Shown: piece after piece, positions 24,980 through 38,417 of the stretch | Position numbering within the stretch: position 1 is the first letter of the stretch | Layout: every line of letters begins with the position of its first letter | Assembly: GCA_038496445.1 (NCBI GenBank) | Contig: JALMLS010000455.1 | Span: 372,001-436,000, forward strand | Reading direction: 5' to 3' | DNA: 64,000 bases | Source of the DNA: Trichosphaerium sp. ATCC 40318 | Taxonomy: Eukaryota > Protista > Tubulinea | Notes under the pieces: model-generated | Database searches by the model: none | What the model was told of the DNA's origin: nothing | The model's input: only the letters and a program-made list of their open reading frames with translations | Program-made: the position numbers and the translations under genes

Positions 24980-27900
24980 ATGGAGATTGTTTATGAAGCA
25001 GATACGAGAGATTATGATAAAGCTCTTGAAGCGTTAGATGAGATGAAGGAAATATCCGCTTTAATGAATCAACACCTTACTACACAGAACGCAAGCCTTG
25101 AGATAGTACAAACAAATATTGAACACGCTTTTGATCAAATAGACGTTGGTCTTGAGACTCTAGTGGAAGCAAGGCATTTAGATGCTCGTAGTAATGTTGC
25201 TACAGGTACTTTGATTGGTACTGGCGTTGGTAAGTAAAATACAAAACCAATAAACTTCATTCTAATTTGGACTTAAAAAGGCGCTGTTGCTGGAGGTGAG
25301 ACTTGAGAAGGCGTAAAACCGCTTGTATTTATGAGAATGATTATTTAGGTATCGGTGGAACTGTAGCAGCACCCGGTTTAGGCACTGCGATAGGTATTGG
25401 CGTTGGAGTAGCTGCAGGAGCAGCAGTTGGGGTACTTTAGCTTTTTTTAGTTTTTTTTAAAATTGATCACGTGTTTATTTTATTTGTAATCAGGCGGGAG
25501 TTGGTGTTGTAACGAAGGTATGTGAGGTTTATTCCATAACAACGAAAAGTTAAAATGTCACAGGCAGCTAAGAACCACAGAACTGATAAAATCCAAAAAA
25601 AGTATCATAAAAAGAGAGATCAATATAATACTGCTTCGCCTGTTGGTAGATCGCTTGGACAAAAGAAAAGGCCACGTAAATAATTGAAATAATAATCTTA
25701 GCTTGTCACGTGAGGTTTTGACATTGCATCTAGAAAGCTACAGCGGAGTACCACCTCAGAGTAATAGAACGCCGATAATTTCCAAGGATGCGGTATGCCA
25801 TACTTTCATGTTTGTATCATTGTGTTTTTATGTCATTATGTCATGCGCTTATTGTCTTTCTAGAGGGTAAAACAACTCAGTGTTAAAAGAGACGAGAAAT
25901 ATGAGTATTTTTGGGGCATGTTTCCTGTACTAAGAAACAAAGAAAAGGTGGTAAAGAGTACGTTATCTTTTTCTTTCAAACTATTTTCAAAGAAAAGCTG
26001 CTAAAACAGTTACCTCTTTCGTTGTGTAGTGACACTTATTTAAAATACCTAGATTATATATGCTCTATGGGGTCATCTGTTGGTGGCAAGCTCTTCGTAA
26101 CACCGAATTACTTGTGCTACACAAGAAGAGAACTTGTTATCCCGTTCTCAAAAATAAGTAATATCACAATGAAAAAACTTGGTCCTTGTTACAACCGTAT
26201 ATTGGTTAAAACATCTGTTCCTTTTGGTACGTAATAGCGGTTCTATTATTTTATAATTTCACGTGATATTTTATCCAACTCACGTGTTCTGAAGGTACTG
26301 AAAACAGAAAGTTAATAAAGTTTTGGGGTTTTGCTTTTCATGCATTGGAGGCATATTACTTAATTAGATATTTATGGTTAAACGCTCCAGTAAATATTGT
26401 TGATCCTGAAAAAGCAAGAAAGGCTCTTGTGGAGAAGCACAAAGCTCAGTTAGCCGTTACAAATGAATATGATATTCCGCAAAATCAAAAACAAACAGAC
26501 ACATTTGATGATGTTCCTGAAGGCTTTTTTGATAAAGCAACGACTATTATTGCAGAAATAGAAGATATAGGAGCAGCAAACCTTGAACTGATAGCAGAAG
26601 CGGACGGTACAACCAAAAAAGAAGCTTAAATCAAAACCCTTTTTTCTCTTTTTCAACTCGTTCATTCTTCGTTGTTTGCTGCTCCTTACTCGTTTATATA
26701 GAAACGATTTCAGCATCTAAGAAAAGGGAAGCTCTCCTTTCTTCCGGTCTAGGAGCAAGTGATAAGCTTCTAGGCAAATATTTTGGTAACCTTTGGAAAA
26801 AAAAGCGAAAAGGAACAAAAACACGTGAATGGGATAAAGAGATAACTCTTGACATCGAAATTCTGAGAAAAAATCAAAGAGATGCATGTACGCCATAGTC
26901 ATAAATAACTCGTTATTTGACCTACTACTATCATAATAATAACTTGGTATTGCAGTCAAGGAATGCTTGTTAGTGCTTGGAGAACAAAAGTTTTGGTGTA
27001 TTGATCCAATAACTTTTGATCTCTTAGACAAGAAGCATTGTGAATTTGCTTATTGCAATATTGAATCTATAATAGCAAAAGTAAGACCTCTTCATATTGA
27101 TGTAACGTACGCTTCTCGAAAACCAATTTTTGAATGGTTTTTTGAAGACTTCTTGGTGTTTGTTTACTGATTATTTGTAGATTTACGTCATTCTGTGGAG
27201 AAAAGACTCTAAGTTTCATGTCAGCCTATAGTCAAATTGTTATAAATGCATTAGTGATTCACTCTGAATTATGGCAACATGCACCAAAAGTTATTTTCGA
27301 ACCAGGAATCAAACCATTTGCTTACGGTACTCACAAAGTTTTAACATTTTTTTTTCAACAGAAGAAAAAAAATATAAATCTACAAATAAGACGAAAGCTG
27401 GCTTGACTGACCATCTTTTTAGGTTATGCTTCAATATCAAATAAAATATCTAATTCACGTGACCCATCAAGCGATGGTATCATAATAGGTGACGATGATG
27501 ATTCAATACCACAAATACAAACAGAAAAAAAAAAAGAAGTCAAAGACGGATTCGACCTTATTGAAAACGGACTAGTACGCATACTTTATTTTCCTCAACT
27601 AAATCAAACATACTGCTACCTGTGTGATAAACATACTTGTTATCAAAACTATGCAGTCTAGTCGAATAGCTTTATGCTAGACGCACTTAAAACTACTCTA
27701 AAAAAGCGGTGGAATTTCCATGTGTTTTTTCACGTGCCACAACAAAAAAACATAGAAGCGTATTTGATACATATATAACTGTGTTTAATCTTACATATGT
27801 TTTTAGGATAGAATTCAAGGTATCGCTCATAAGGTTAGTGGAAAATATAAGTATGGAAGTTTGTTGTTTATTTTTTAATAATAGGAGGGAAGAGCTCTTG

Positions 27901-27998
27901 ATGACCAAACAAAACAGCTTCAAGAACTTTACGAAAATATAGATAATGATGTTGTAAAAATGAAGAAACTAACAAATAAGATGCAAAAAAAGATGTGA
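24980..27998 (+). CDS. Multi-domain SNARE: STX17-like Qa SNARE + Gly-rich membrane hairpin + GRAM/PH + Qb-like + PH-like + Qc SNARE
   Basis: LNQHLTTQNASLEIVQTNIEHA-type Qa helix, G/A-rich hairpin GTLIGTGVGAVAGGIGG..PGLG, GRAM YICSMG..GGKLFVTPNYLCY...VIPFSKI, and C-terminal GLDRIQGIAHKEGRALDDQ...MKK. Joining into one gene depends on the intron at about 25646-25732. Confidence 0.68.
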
Positions 27999-28511
27999 AT
28001 ATTGTAGCTAATAAAAGTTTTTTTTGTGATGAGCTGTGTATGACTGATTGTTGCAAATCATCATACTCCAATATCTAGAGGAAGGATAAAACATAGCATC
28101 TACACCAGTTAGTTTATGCTAATTTCAATTTTTGATTTTATACCATTGGCAGCGTACTTTTCACAGTCACGTGTTTTAGAAAATTACCATTCTGTTAACA
28201 GTAATTTAAACACAAACAGCCATAGATCCTAATCAGTGAAGGCTATTTGGTCTAATCCTGTTACAATAATGCCTCAACAGTAGGCCCTCTAATTTAGGTT
28301 AAGCGCACTCAGAACGTGCCTTTAAATAACATGGCGCTTATTTATTTTCGTGGAACAGTAAACCCGCCGTCTCGCTTGATTACTAAGTTTAACCTCATTA
28401 CCTGTTACAGTAAAAAAAAGGCTACCTGTAACACAGTGTTTCAATAAACACTCACTTTGACCAATTACAGAAATTAGTTTTTGCGCGGAAACAAGGATAT
28501 AACCATAAGTG

Positions 28512-28836
28512 ATGGGACATGGTACGTTGATTTGACCAACATACAGCTTTGGTTTAACGTAAACGTGATTAACTTCGCTCAGCTACAAATACGAACAAGC
28601 CAACACAGCAGAGATTGTATGAACAAGCTCCACTGAATGCTACAATTGTTGAACAGAAGGCTCAAATTGCTGAACTGGAAGCTCAAAATGCTGAAAAGGC
28701 CGCTCAAATTGCTAAACAAGACTCTAGAATTGCTGAAATGAAGGCTCAAATTGATAAACAGGCTGCTCAAATTGCTGAACTGGAAGCTCAAATTGCTAAA
28801 CTGGCCGCTGAAAATACTGAACAGCACGTAGTTTGA
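28512..28836 (+). CDS. Small heptad-repeat coiled-coil protein (one intron)
   Basis: ATG at 28512, intron 28522-28582, then repeated 21-nt gctcaaattgct units encoding AQIAELE heptads. Confidence 0.55.
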
Positions 28837-29443
28837 TGGGTGTTTATATAAGGTGTACCTTAATTGTTTATTCATTCCAGCTTATCCATAAATAAAATCC
28901 TCAAAGTACTGAAAGATTAGTTTTTGGTGTAGTGTTGTAGGCCTGGATAAGGCCAGTGAGTTGAAAGGCCAAGATCAGCAGTACATCTCGAATGACTTTG
29001 CCATCAATATATGCTCCTCAGGATCTTCTACAAGAACTGTGTTGTTACTAAATACCCACTTTGAAAACAGCTTCTTTGAATACTGTAGTTTTGTCAAATC
29101 CTTCCTAGTCCTGGTATAAAAAAAATCAATGTTCAAGTTGCGCTATCTGTGGGTATGTCTACGTGCTCTTCATGCAAGTTGTAAGATCAAGAGCTCTTCG
29201 ATCTGACTAAACTCGAAAACCAAAAGTCTCAAACAGCAAAAAGTTGTGCAAACTTGAATGATGCATAAAATACTGTGTTGCTAATTGTGCCTTCTCTGGC
29301 ACTTACAATTACATGTACAGTTGTACAAAAACGCCTGGAAAATATTTTCGAATCGTATTGCAGTATTTATTTGACAATAACGAAGTCGACTTTAACAGAC
29401 AATAAAATAGAAAGCCAGTAAAAACGAAAAAAAGTGTTGAGCT

Positions 29444-30770
29444 TTATTGAAATGACATTTCCAGTCCTGCACCGGTTTGTTCATATACAGTTGTGGAACC
29501 ATATTCTCCTTTCCTTCCAGTAACAGTGTTCACAAGGAACATGACGCCATCTTTAACATAGCCAGGTAAGTTTGTCCAAAAATAATAGTTTGGGAGCAAG
29601 TGGTGTTTGTCACTCCATGGTCGCTTCCTGCAAGTACAAGATTATAATTTACCATCAAAAATGTTTACTGAGAAACGCACACTTTGAATTTGTTCCACAT
29701 AACGCCAGCGACAATGTAAATGACAACAACTATGAACAATGAAATGAGGAGCATTGTGCCAATGCCAACACTGGATCTACCGCCGTTACCTGAACGTGGG
29801 CAAGCGTTTTTGGATCGCACAGTTATCTACTCTTATGTTAAGTTCAAAAAACCGAATCCCTGGTGTACAATAGCGTTGAAAAGGTCACTATTATCAACTT
29901 CTGAGTTCTCAAACCCTAGAATATTTGTCAGTAAAATAATATTACCACACTTTATACCTGAGAATTCTGGATCACAAATAAGTATCAAGGTAGTTCTAAT
30001 GCTACTATAAGGCTCTTTTTAAAAGGCGTAAGAATAATTGTAAAAAGGGTACAACAGAACAGACTTACCGACAAATTCTATCTCAACACCTGAGTCTCCA
30101 GCTGCGTTACTGTAGGATAAAAATGTGGTTCGGTCCGAGGTGTACATGCCGTCGCAATTTGTAAACTCTCTTATGTGCCATAGACCCTGCACCGCAGAAC
30201 ATACGCCACATTGTTCGTCTTCTTTTACAAAACTGTGAGTGTCACGCTATTTAATGGAGTTTTAGTACGTACCGACATGACCACAAGTTTGGCCGTGGTC
30301 ACCACAAACAAACCAGCGATAATGGAAACCGGCCTGTGGAAAACCTATTTTTTCTTGTACACCCAAGGCCTTGTAGATGTCATAAATAACAATTGATAAA
30401 CATGCTGTTTGCGTACAGTAAGGCCAGAGAGATCATAGATAGTGCCATCGACTATCAAGTAAGTAAAAGAGAAAACGGAAGTTTTGAAATCTGGAAGTGT
30501 GATGGAAGTCTTTTTTCTCTCCCACCGTCAAATTATAGGTATCCTTCTCTTTGGTATTTGTTGATGGCATGGAGAGAAAACGACTTCCATCCCCATTTCC
30601 CCATTTATCATAAATACTATCGTACCATCTAAGTTGCTACAATCAGGTGGAAATGCCAAAGAGACAGTAACACAGAGCGCAAGGAAAGTTGTTAACGTTG
30701 TTCTCGCTATACAAATACGTAAGATATTTCTTACCTCTCCACAACGTAATTATAACCACAACGTACCCAT
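29444..30770 (-). CDS. MRH-domain (M6PR/ATG27-like) type I membrane protein
   Basis: Signal peptide, DGTIYDLSGL, Cys-rich ectodomain ending SKNACP, TM GIGTMLLISLFIVVVIYIVAGVMWN, tail LPNYYFWTNLPGYVKDGVMF. Confidence 0.78.
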
Positions 30771-31608
30771 GAAGTGAAGTTAATGTTAGTTGAGCAATAA
30801 ATAAGTGTGATATGGCTTATGACCATGTCTAAAATAAAACGAATTGATCACGAAAAAACCCGGATACCTCCCGAAAAAAATCAATAAGTATTCTGAAAAT
30901 ATTCCTTGTTTTCAATGGTTACCCGCTTTTTAAACAAAAACAGTCTTGCTTGGTTGTAGCACTATTACTACGTAAATTGAGAGTTCAATACTAAGTGGAA
31001 AATCGCTTTTGAAGTGGTTGTAAAAGTTGTAAATAATTGCTTGCACTTCTCAGACTGTATGGAATGGAGGTCTTACTTTTCCGGTTATAAACCGGTTAAC
31101 CGTTTAGGTTTTGAAGGCCGGTTAACCTCTACTTCTTAGCGACTATGATTCAGTGAAATCTTGCTTAACAGCGCTGGACAAAGGCAAACATTGTAGCAAA
31201 AATCGACTCAATAAAAATAGTTTGTCACTATCACTTGTTTTTAAAGCGTATGAGAAGTCTGGATGTAAAAAAAGCATCTAATGGCTTCCAATACACCCAA
31301 CAACTTTCCTTTTCACCATATCCGGTTAAGGGTTTGGCAGTTTAGTTATCAATCTCAGGTAGGGTGGAGTGTCACATTGACAAAAAACTTTTTAACCTGA
31401 TTTTTTGTTCCAAATTAAAATGAACTTTTTGTTTATTCAAAGTTAGTGGCGACGGAAGAGTCTCGCTGTAATTATCCCGTGCCCTTAGCAGTATATTGCA
31501 AACACGTGGTTTTTTTTGTTATTTATAAAGCGTACAAAGTTTACAACAAGGCTTTTTTATGGTGGGTATAAGCAAAGTGCAGCAAGAAAAGGTAATGCTT
31601 TTCGTTTT

Positions 31609-34092
31609 TTACTTTTCTTCCAATGAAGGGAATATCTTTTGTTTCACTGCGTAGTTCATACTCTCTTCGATAAGTTTTTTAGTTACCTACGTAATAATAA
31701 GCACCAGTGAACATAATTGAGTAAACAATAAACAAAAAGCTTAAAGAAGGGTTTTTGTGTACCTTTGGGAACTCATACTCAAAGCCAAGTTCAGTCTCGA
31801 TTTTTGATCCATCTATTCGTGTTTGATTATCATAGAGTAGCTCTGGAGGTAATACAGGGCTAAGTGGCGTCACTTCAATCTCATAGTGCTAAAAAAGAAT
31901 CAATTAAAAACGAACAAATGAAAAGAAAAAAAACAAGAAAAAAAGTCAAGTTTATGTCAACGTACACCTAGTAAAGAAACCCATGGATTCAAGTGTTTAT
32001 CGTTTACTATCCTTTGTGTTTCTTTGAAGCTTGCCTTTGCGAGAGAGCACTTAATCTTATTATAGTAGCCTGTTTGGATACCAAATATTTCTTCCAAGAT
32101 TTTATTGATTGTATTCTGGCTTGTATCTCCCTTATCTGCGACATTATAGATCTTACCAGGCTAAAAATAAACGTTAGTACACTTTTTACTGTATTTACCA
32201 AAATACACGTGATAACGACAGAAAAAAGTAAATAACAGATGAATTCGTCATTACACTGCACGCTATACGTGTACTTTGGTTTTACTTCACAAAGAAAATC
32301 ACGTGATTTTTGGGTTAAATAATCATGAATTCATTGGGAAATTGGCGTATCGCGTAAAAAGGGTTCTAACAGTAGAACAACGACTAGAATCGCTAATTTT
32401 CGAAACCTCTTACGAGAATTGGACATTTCCCAATGAATCGCAGAAATAAAAACAGCAGGTATTCTTTTAACCAAACAAAGCTGTAGCGTTGGAGTTTTTT
32501 TTTTCCTATTTGTTCTCTAACTGCGAAGCATTACCTCTGATTTTATGCAAGCTGTCCATATTGCTTTTGCTACATCTCGTACATGTACGGTATTGATACG
32601 TAAGTCACCATCCCATAAACACTTCATTTTTTTATCCAAAAATTTGTAAATCCTTCCAGCGATAATTCTAGGCACTAGAACACGTATTTTAGTCGGTCAC
32701 AGGTATGTTAATTATCTATCTTACTTAATCCTCTTGCGTCAGCAGGTCCATAACATATAGCTGGTCTTAAAACTACATAAGGTAGTCTAATTAAAATCAT
32801 TAGTGATCAGACGTTAGCAGATGTGTAAAAAAAAAAAGAGCTATAAACAGCTTGCTTGTTTTGTATCACTTACTTTGTTCCGACAACGTGTTGCTCGGTT
32901 TTATACTTGTACGTTGCTAATGGCGTCCATGGTTTTATTTTTGCGTCTTCGGTACAGGAGCTCTTTACGGAGTTATTAAATAGCGTCACGAAAGAATAAA
33001 AAAACAGTGCTTTCTTCAAAAAAAAAGAAAATTGAACGTTTTCTTTCGTGATCTTTTATTTTTAAAATAGTAGTCTTTGACATACACAGTGTCAATGTCA
33101 ATAGATTGGTAACAAACAAACATAAAAATTATAACAGCAAGTCTTTTTTTGTGTGCACTTTTAACCAAAACTTTCAAATTTAAACAAAAATCTTCTTTAA
33201 ACAGGCCACGCGGTAGATATAAATCACGTGATTGCTATGAAAATAGAAAAAAAGCTGATAGACAAAAAATAAATCGATAAAATAAATTTTTGTTTCGAAC
33301 AAAAAAAAAAATCACGTGATGAACAAAGTTGGCGTTTGTGTTTGAAGTGTCTTTGTTTAGTTTTATATTATAAAAAAGACACTAATTTTAGAGATAGTAG
33401 GATCTAGTTGTGGGTATTATTGGTACCTTACTAGGGGCATAAACCTGAGCTGTAGATACTTCTATGTACTTTTTAATCTCATATTTCTCTGCTTCTGCTG
33501 CGATTGTTTGTCCAAGCTTTAGCACTCTCTCCTGATACATCTAGGAGCGTGTTAGAATGAATATCAGACGAAGATCTGCCTTTTAGTAGACAAGAACAGA
33601 AAATAAACTCTCGGACTCATTGTATTGTCCACCGGTGGTTGTTTAGAAGTCACTTGTTGTAATTTTTGGTGTTATAGAGAACGTAGAGGTAAAAAAGGGT
33701 AAATTTCGTCCTAACACTCAACGTTTTCGATGTGTATACGGTTTGGAGCTTACCAGTTCATCTTCACCATAGCGTGTCTCTGCAGCCAAATTTACTATGT
33801 AATCAAACGGCCCTTCATCTCTCTTGAACGCTTTTTCGATGTGCGCTGTATAGGAGATTAGAGTTTAACTTTGTATGTTGTATACCGTACCGGCAGCCCC
33901 GCCCTGAACAAACTCCACGACAGGATTCTCGAACGCTTTTTTATGTTTCTTGCTAAAAAACGATGCGGAGGGTTTCCTAGGGTCTATGCCACGGATTTTA
34001 GAACACAGATCGTTGCTTGTCAGATACTCTACGAGATTACGACCAATAAACCCGGAGGCGCCGAATATCAGTATGCTAGGTTTCTCTGCCAT
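31609..34092 (-). CDS. NAD-dependent epimerase/dehydratase (extended SDR)
   Basis: ILIFGASGFIGRNLV, VNLAAETRYG, IEVSTAQVY, YK motif, VLRPAICYGP, NTVHVRDVAKA, YNVAD. Confidence 0.88.
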
Positions 34093-36155
34093 TTATAAAG
34101 TGACTAGTAGTGTCTATCTACAAAAAAAACAAAAGAACACGATGGTGTGTTGTACACCGGCGAAGAAAAAATCAAAAGACAATGAATCACATGTTGGGTG
34201 TTTGTGTGTTAGGCGCTCATTTTTTTTTTCTCTTTTTCTTGCTGTCCACTGTCTGTTTTCACTTCGTCCACAGGTTTTTTTTTTGAGTTTCGAGAAGAAA
34301 AAAGAAATGGGTTCCAGGGCGATCCGTAGTGCTTTTATTCAAAAACTGACAACAGTGAAACAAACTATAGTACTATTTTTATCCGTGTATCACAAGGAGG
34401 ACACACACGTGGCATATTGCGGGTTTTTTTTTAGAAATACATCCTTGAGGTACCAACACGTCGGATTTACTTTCCATTCATGTTCTAACGCGTAATCAAA
34501 TGCTCCCTACTCGTTTTAGCATCATCAAGCGTTTTTTTCAAAAGACATGGCGTCATAGTGTACCTTTGCTACTTTTCCTGCTATACCCTGTCCACGCATA
34601 CTCTCAGGTGTTTCTGGACGAATTGTTAGTACAAAAGAGTCGTTCTTGAAGGCAAACAAAACCTGTATGCCAAAACTCGTAGTGGTTCAATTTCTTTAGC
34701 GGGTGATACTCTATTTTCGCCATTTCTAGAGCGCATTTAACATTTTGACGTTTTTAGATGATGTTATGACGTGCCGTTCTTCTCTGGGAAGTTAATAACG
34801 AATCTTTTATTCTCTGGCTCATGTACGACGTTCATGGTGCGTTTTGTTAAGGTTATGTAACGTTTTTGCTTTAAGGTGCGTATTGGCTTCGTAGAAGTAT
34901 ATAAGCGATCAATAAAGAGGTGTGAAGATGATCGTAGGTACATAGAATTGAATAACGTTTACTGACTTCACGTAAACTTATGTTTACCCTTTCCATTGCG
35001 TTTTTCACAACGAGAATTCTGATGGTACTTCAGTTGGTCCTACAAGAATTAAGAAAAGAAGCGATACATGAGATATTAATGCAACGAACAAGCCTCCTTC
35101 ACGTGGCGCAAATTGTAACCTTGTTGATAAAGTTCAACAGGTCACGTGATTGCATTACCTTCCGTCGCACGTGAAGCAGTTTTGCCTTTTTTGGTTGAGA
35201 TGAGGGATCAACTCATCTCGCTTTTTATTGCTTGCTGGTGAATGCATTACTGTATCAAGTCCAGCGTTGTTCGTTTTACATGAATAAGTGCTTTAATAAT
35301 GACATACACTTGCGCCTTTGTACTCCCTGAAACCTTTCATGAGCTTTTCACTGGAGGATCGTAATAAAATGGATTTCAATAGCTGGGTGTTCTTGTTGTC
35401 AATACCAACGCATGTTCTCATTTGTCTTTTTTATTGATAACAGTTGGTCACATAACGTATTCACCAAACAACTTGGTTTAGACGATGAACACTTTTTTCC
35501 ACTTAGAGGCGAAAATCTCATAAAAGCTAATAGCCAAAGTTTAACCCACTACATTACACGTGCTCACGCAAATCTTAAATTGGTGGCAATAAAGTAATGA
35601 ATTCACCTTTTACAACTCAAATGTTCATTTACTGCCAAAAAAACAGTTGCCCACTGTTGGATAACAAAAACCTAAGTGCTAATAGTCTACTATAAATTTA
35701 TGTTATTACTCACTTAGCTAGTAAAAATAATCAACACGCTCAAAGTTGACGATTTCAAAAAAAACTAAAGGCACAAGTAAAATGTTAAACAACTTTTTCT
35801 TTTGGACAGGTCTATCCATATACGGCCTCGCTGGCTTCATTGGGCACTATAGTATAGACTCTTGTTTTTGTAAGAAAAAAAGGGTAGCACCCGAATTCTG
35901 AACAGTGTAGAGATAGCCTAAATTATGTGTTTACTCTGCACTGATGTTTTTGTGGCACACAAGAACCACATACCAAATCATGACCTCAATTGTGGTTCTG
36001 TGTCAATGCATGTTTACCAGGTTATGTAAAGTGCGTTTCAAGGTGTCTTAGTTGAATCTTTCCTGTGAATCTAAGTTGAACTTGTTAAGAAACCTGTCTA
36101 TGTTCCACTATGTCACGAACGCAAATTGTTGGCAGAATCATTTAAATTGAAAAAC

Positions 36156-37127
36156 ATGCACAGACACACACAAGCTATAACTATAATAGTTGTATTTGCG
36201 ATACTTATCTCAATCGTATATTGTAGCTGTAAGGATATCAAAGCATCTGATGGATCCAATTACGATTTAAACGCTATCATTGGAAAGGTAGAGACTGGGC
36301 TAGGCACCGATCCTTGTAATGGTTGTAAGGTAAGAATTAGCAAGCTAAACAAGCTCGCCTAAACACCACGTGAAATTACTTCTCTTTGAAAGGATACTAA
36401 TAGTTTCGAAGGATGGACATTACCAATACCAAGTCTCAGTATGCAAACAACAAAGTGCTCCATGTGGTGTACGCCATTTTTCTCCTTTTTTTCTGCTATC
36501 AAGCTGTAATTCTTGCTTTACAGAACAGTGCCACAAACTGGGGTGTTTGTCAAGCATGGGATAATTATAACAACTTAGGTTCAATGGTACTGTTTGTAAC
36601 ACGACCAGAAAAATCTTAATATTTTCACTACAGGCTCTTATTGGCAACTTTGCTCCAGCCAGCGTAACTGGTTTGGTAGGTGGCAAAGGTGTCACGTTTA
36701 GATACACCGGAGGACAAGATGGAAGGAGTGCGACAGGTTAAACACTTAGTAAATAGCAGTGACTATTCTAATATATTTAGCTGAGATTTCATGCAAGAAA
36801 GGTGCTGGAGGCACGTGATTAAATGACTATTTAGTAGCAATGTGTTTTTCTTTGTATTTTATTATTAGTTGGTGTTGTAATTTACATTGTTGGCGGCATC
36901 ACTTACAATGTTGTTCGAAAGACAGGAAAAATATTTCCGAATACTGTACGTTATAGAGCGTTTCTGTTTATCCCTGACAACAGGTATAGGACTTTTGGCT
37001 TGATTTCCCTGCTCTCGTTAAGGACGGTGTCATGTTTATTGTCCACCGAGGTAGCATATTTGTAGAAACTGTTGCGTAGCACTCAACGAACTTTGTAGGG
37101 AAAAGTGGCACATACACTGAAGTGTAA
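36156..37127 (+). CDS. Second MRH/ATG27-like membrane protein, apparently internally deleted
   Basis: Signal peptide, DGSNYDLN, YQVSVC, GVCQ, GVTFRYTGGQDGRS, TM VFLCILLLVGVVIYIVGG, tail FWLDFPALVKDGVMF...YTEV. The segment after ISCKKGAG is missing. Confidence 0.7.
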
Positions 37128-37377
37128 ACCAATAAAAACTTTATTTGTTTAATTTGGTACGCGTATTCCATAAGACGCCCATTCACAGACCATGGTATGT
37201 GCTCTTACCATGCCGCTTACCAAAAATAAACTATACTTCTTATTTTTTTCTTCAATGTTATATATGATACCACACGACCCCGTGTCCGCCTATAGTCAAT
37301 ACATACACTGAAAGCAAATGATAGACTTGTGGAGTCTGTTGTTGTTTATCAAGTTTGTCACTTTTATTTTTACGTAT

Positions 37378-38417
37378 TTATGCTTTTACACTAAACCATA
37401 CTTCATTGTGACGATCAATTACACGGTACGGAGGATCATATCCAGCAGATATGTAGAAAGTAGTATCAAAATCAACTCCATCACTTCTTAGTGTTTGTGC
37501 AAGCTTTGCCGCATTTTGTGTAATATCAACTTGAGTTGCGGTACCAGGGAAACTTCATAGAAGAGTCAGCAGGGAAATGCGAAAAAAGTAGGAAACAATG
37601 TTTGTTTTCTTTTGTCGTGCGTACCTTGTTACTGCGTATGTTCCTGGGTTTACTGTCATTATTGATACACCTGATCCTGTTGGTGTTGGTGGCGTCTTAT
37701 CTTGCCAGATAAAAGGCAAATAGAAAGAGATAGTAAAGTTTGATTTACAAAAAGGACCTGCTCCAGGTATGATGTAGTTTCGTACAGGCGCTGTCATCTC
37801 GACCTTCGTCTTCTCTAAAAACGGTCATTAGCTTGTAATAAGACAAAGGATAAACTAATGGGACAGTGAGCTACACATTGATATGCAGGATCACGTGTAA
37901 AGTAAAAACAGCAGAGAAACGGTTTTTTTCTGAAAAGAAGCGGAGTTTTTCATTTGACGTTTCATTTTCTCCGTGTTTTAATACGTAATAGACACGTGCC
38001 TACATTAGCACCAGATATATATTGAAATAGAGCCTCAAAACCAGTGTGCATTGCGCTGTCTAGGTCTGTTCCCTGGATAGTAATACCAACCCATGTTTCT
38101 TTTTCTGTATAGGTACGAAGCTCGTAATCTGTTTTATTAATAGACTAGACATAGTATTAGACTACGAAAGTACCCGTACGATTTACACTTACTTTAAAAA
38201 CCGGACAATCTAAAGAAGAGTGTAAGCAGGTGTAGAGAAAGCGCTAAAATCAAAACATATTGGCTGTATTTTACACATAACCACGTGAATGAACACGTTT
38301 TTTGAGCCGTTAATGAAGTAGCGGCGTACTTATGTCATGGCAAAACCAAGGCTCTTTATTACCAGGCCAGACGGCTAGTGCGATGGTAACAAAGAAAAGG
38401 CAGAGGATAAGCTTCAT
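37378..38417 (-). CDS. Secreted SOUL-family heme-binding protein
   Basis: Signal peptide, PWFC..NCP.F, YELRTY, GFEALFQYISGAN, VEMTAPV, FTISFYLP, AGYDPPY...RHNEVW. Confidence 0.9.

Noticed and set aside
34755-34830. In-frame TGA as selenocysteine
   Set aside because: No recognisable selenoprotein motif or convincing SECIS, and the frame is unresolved.
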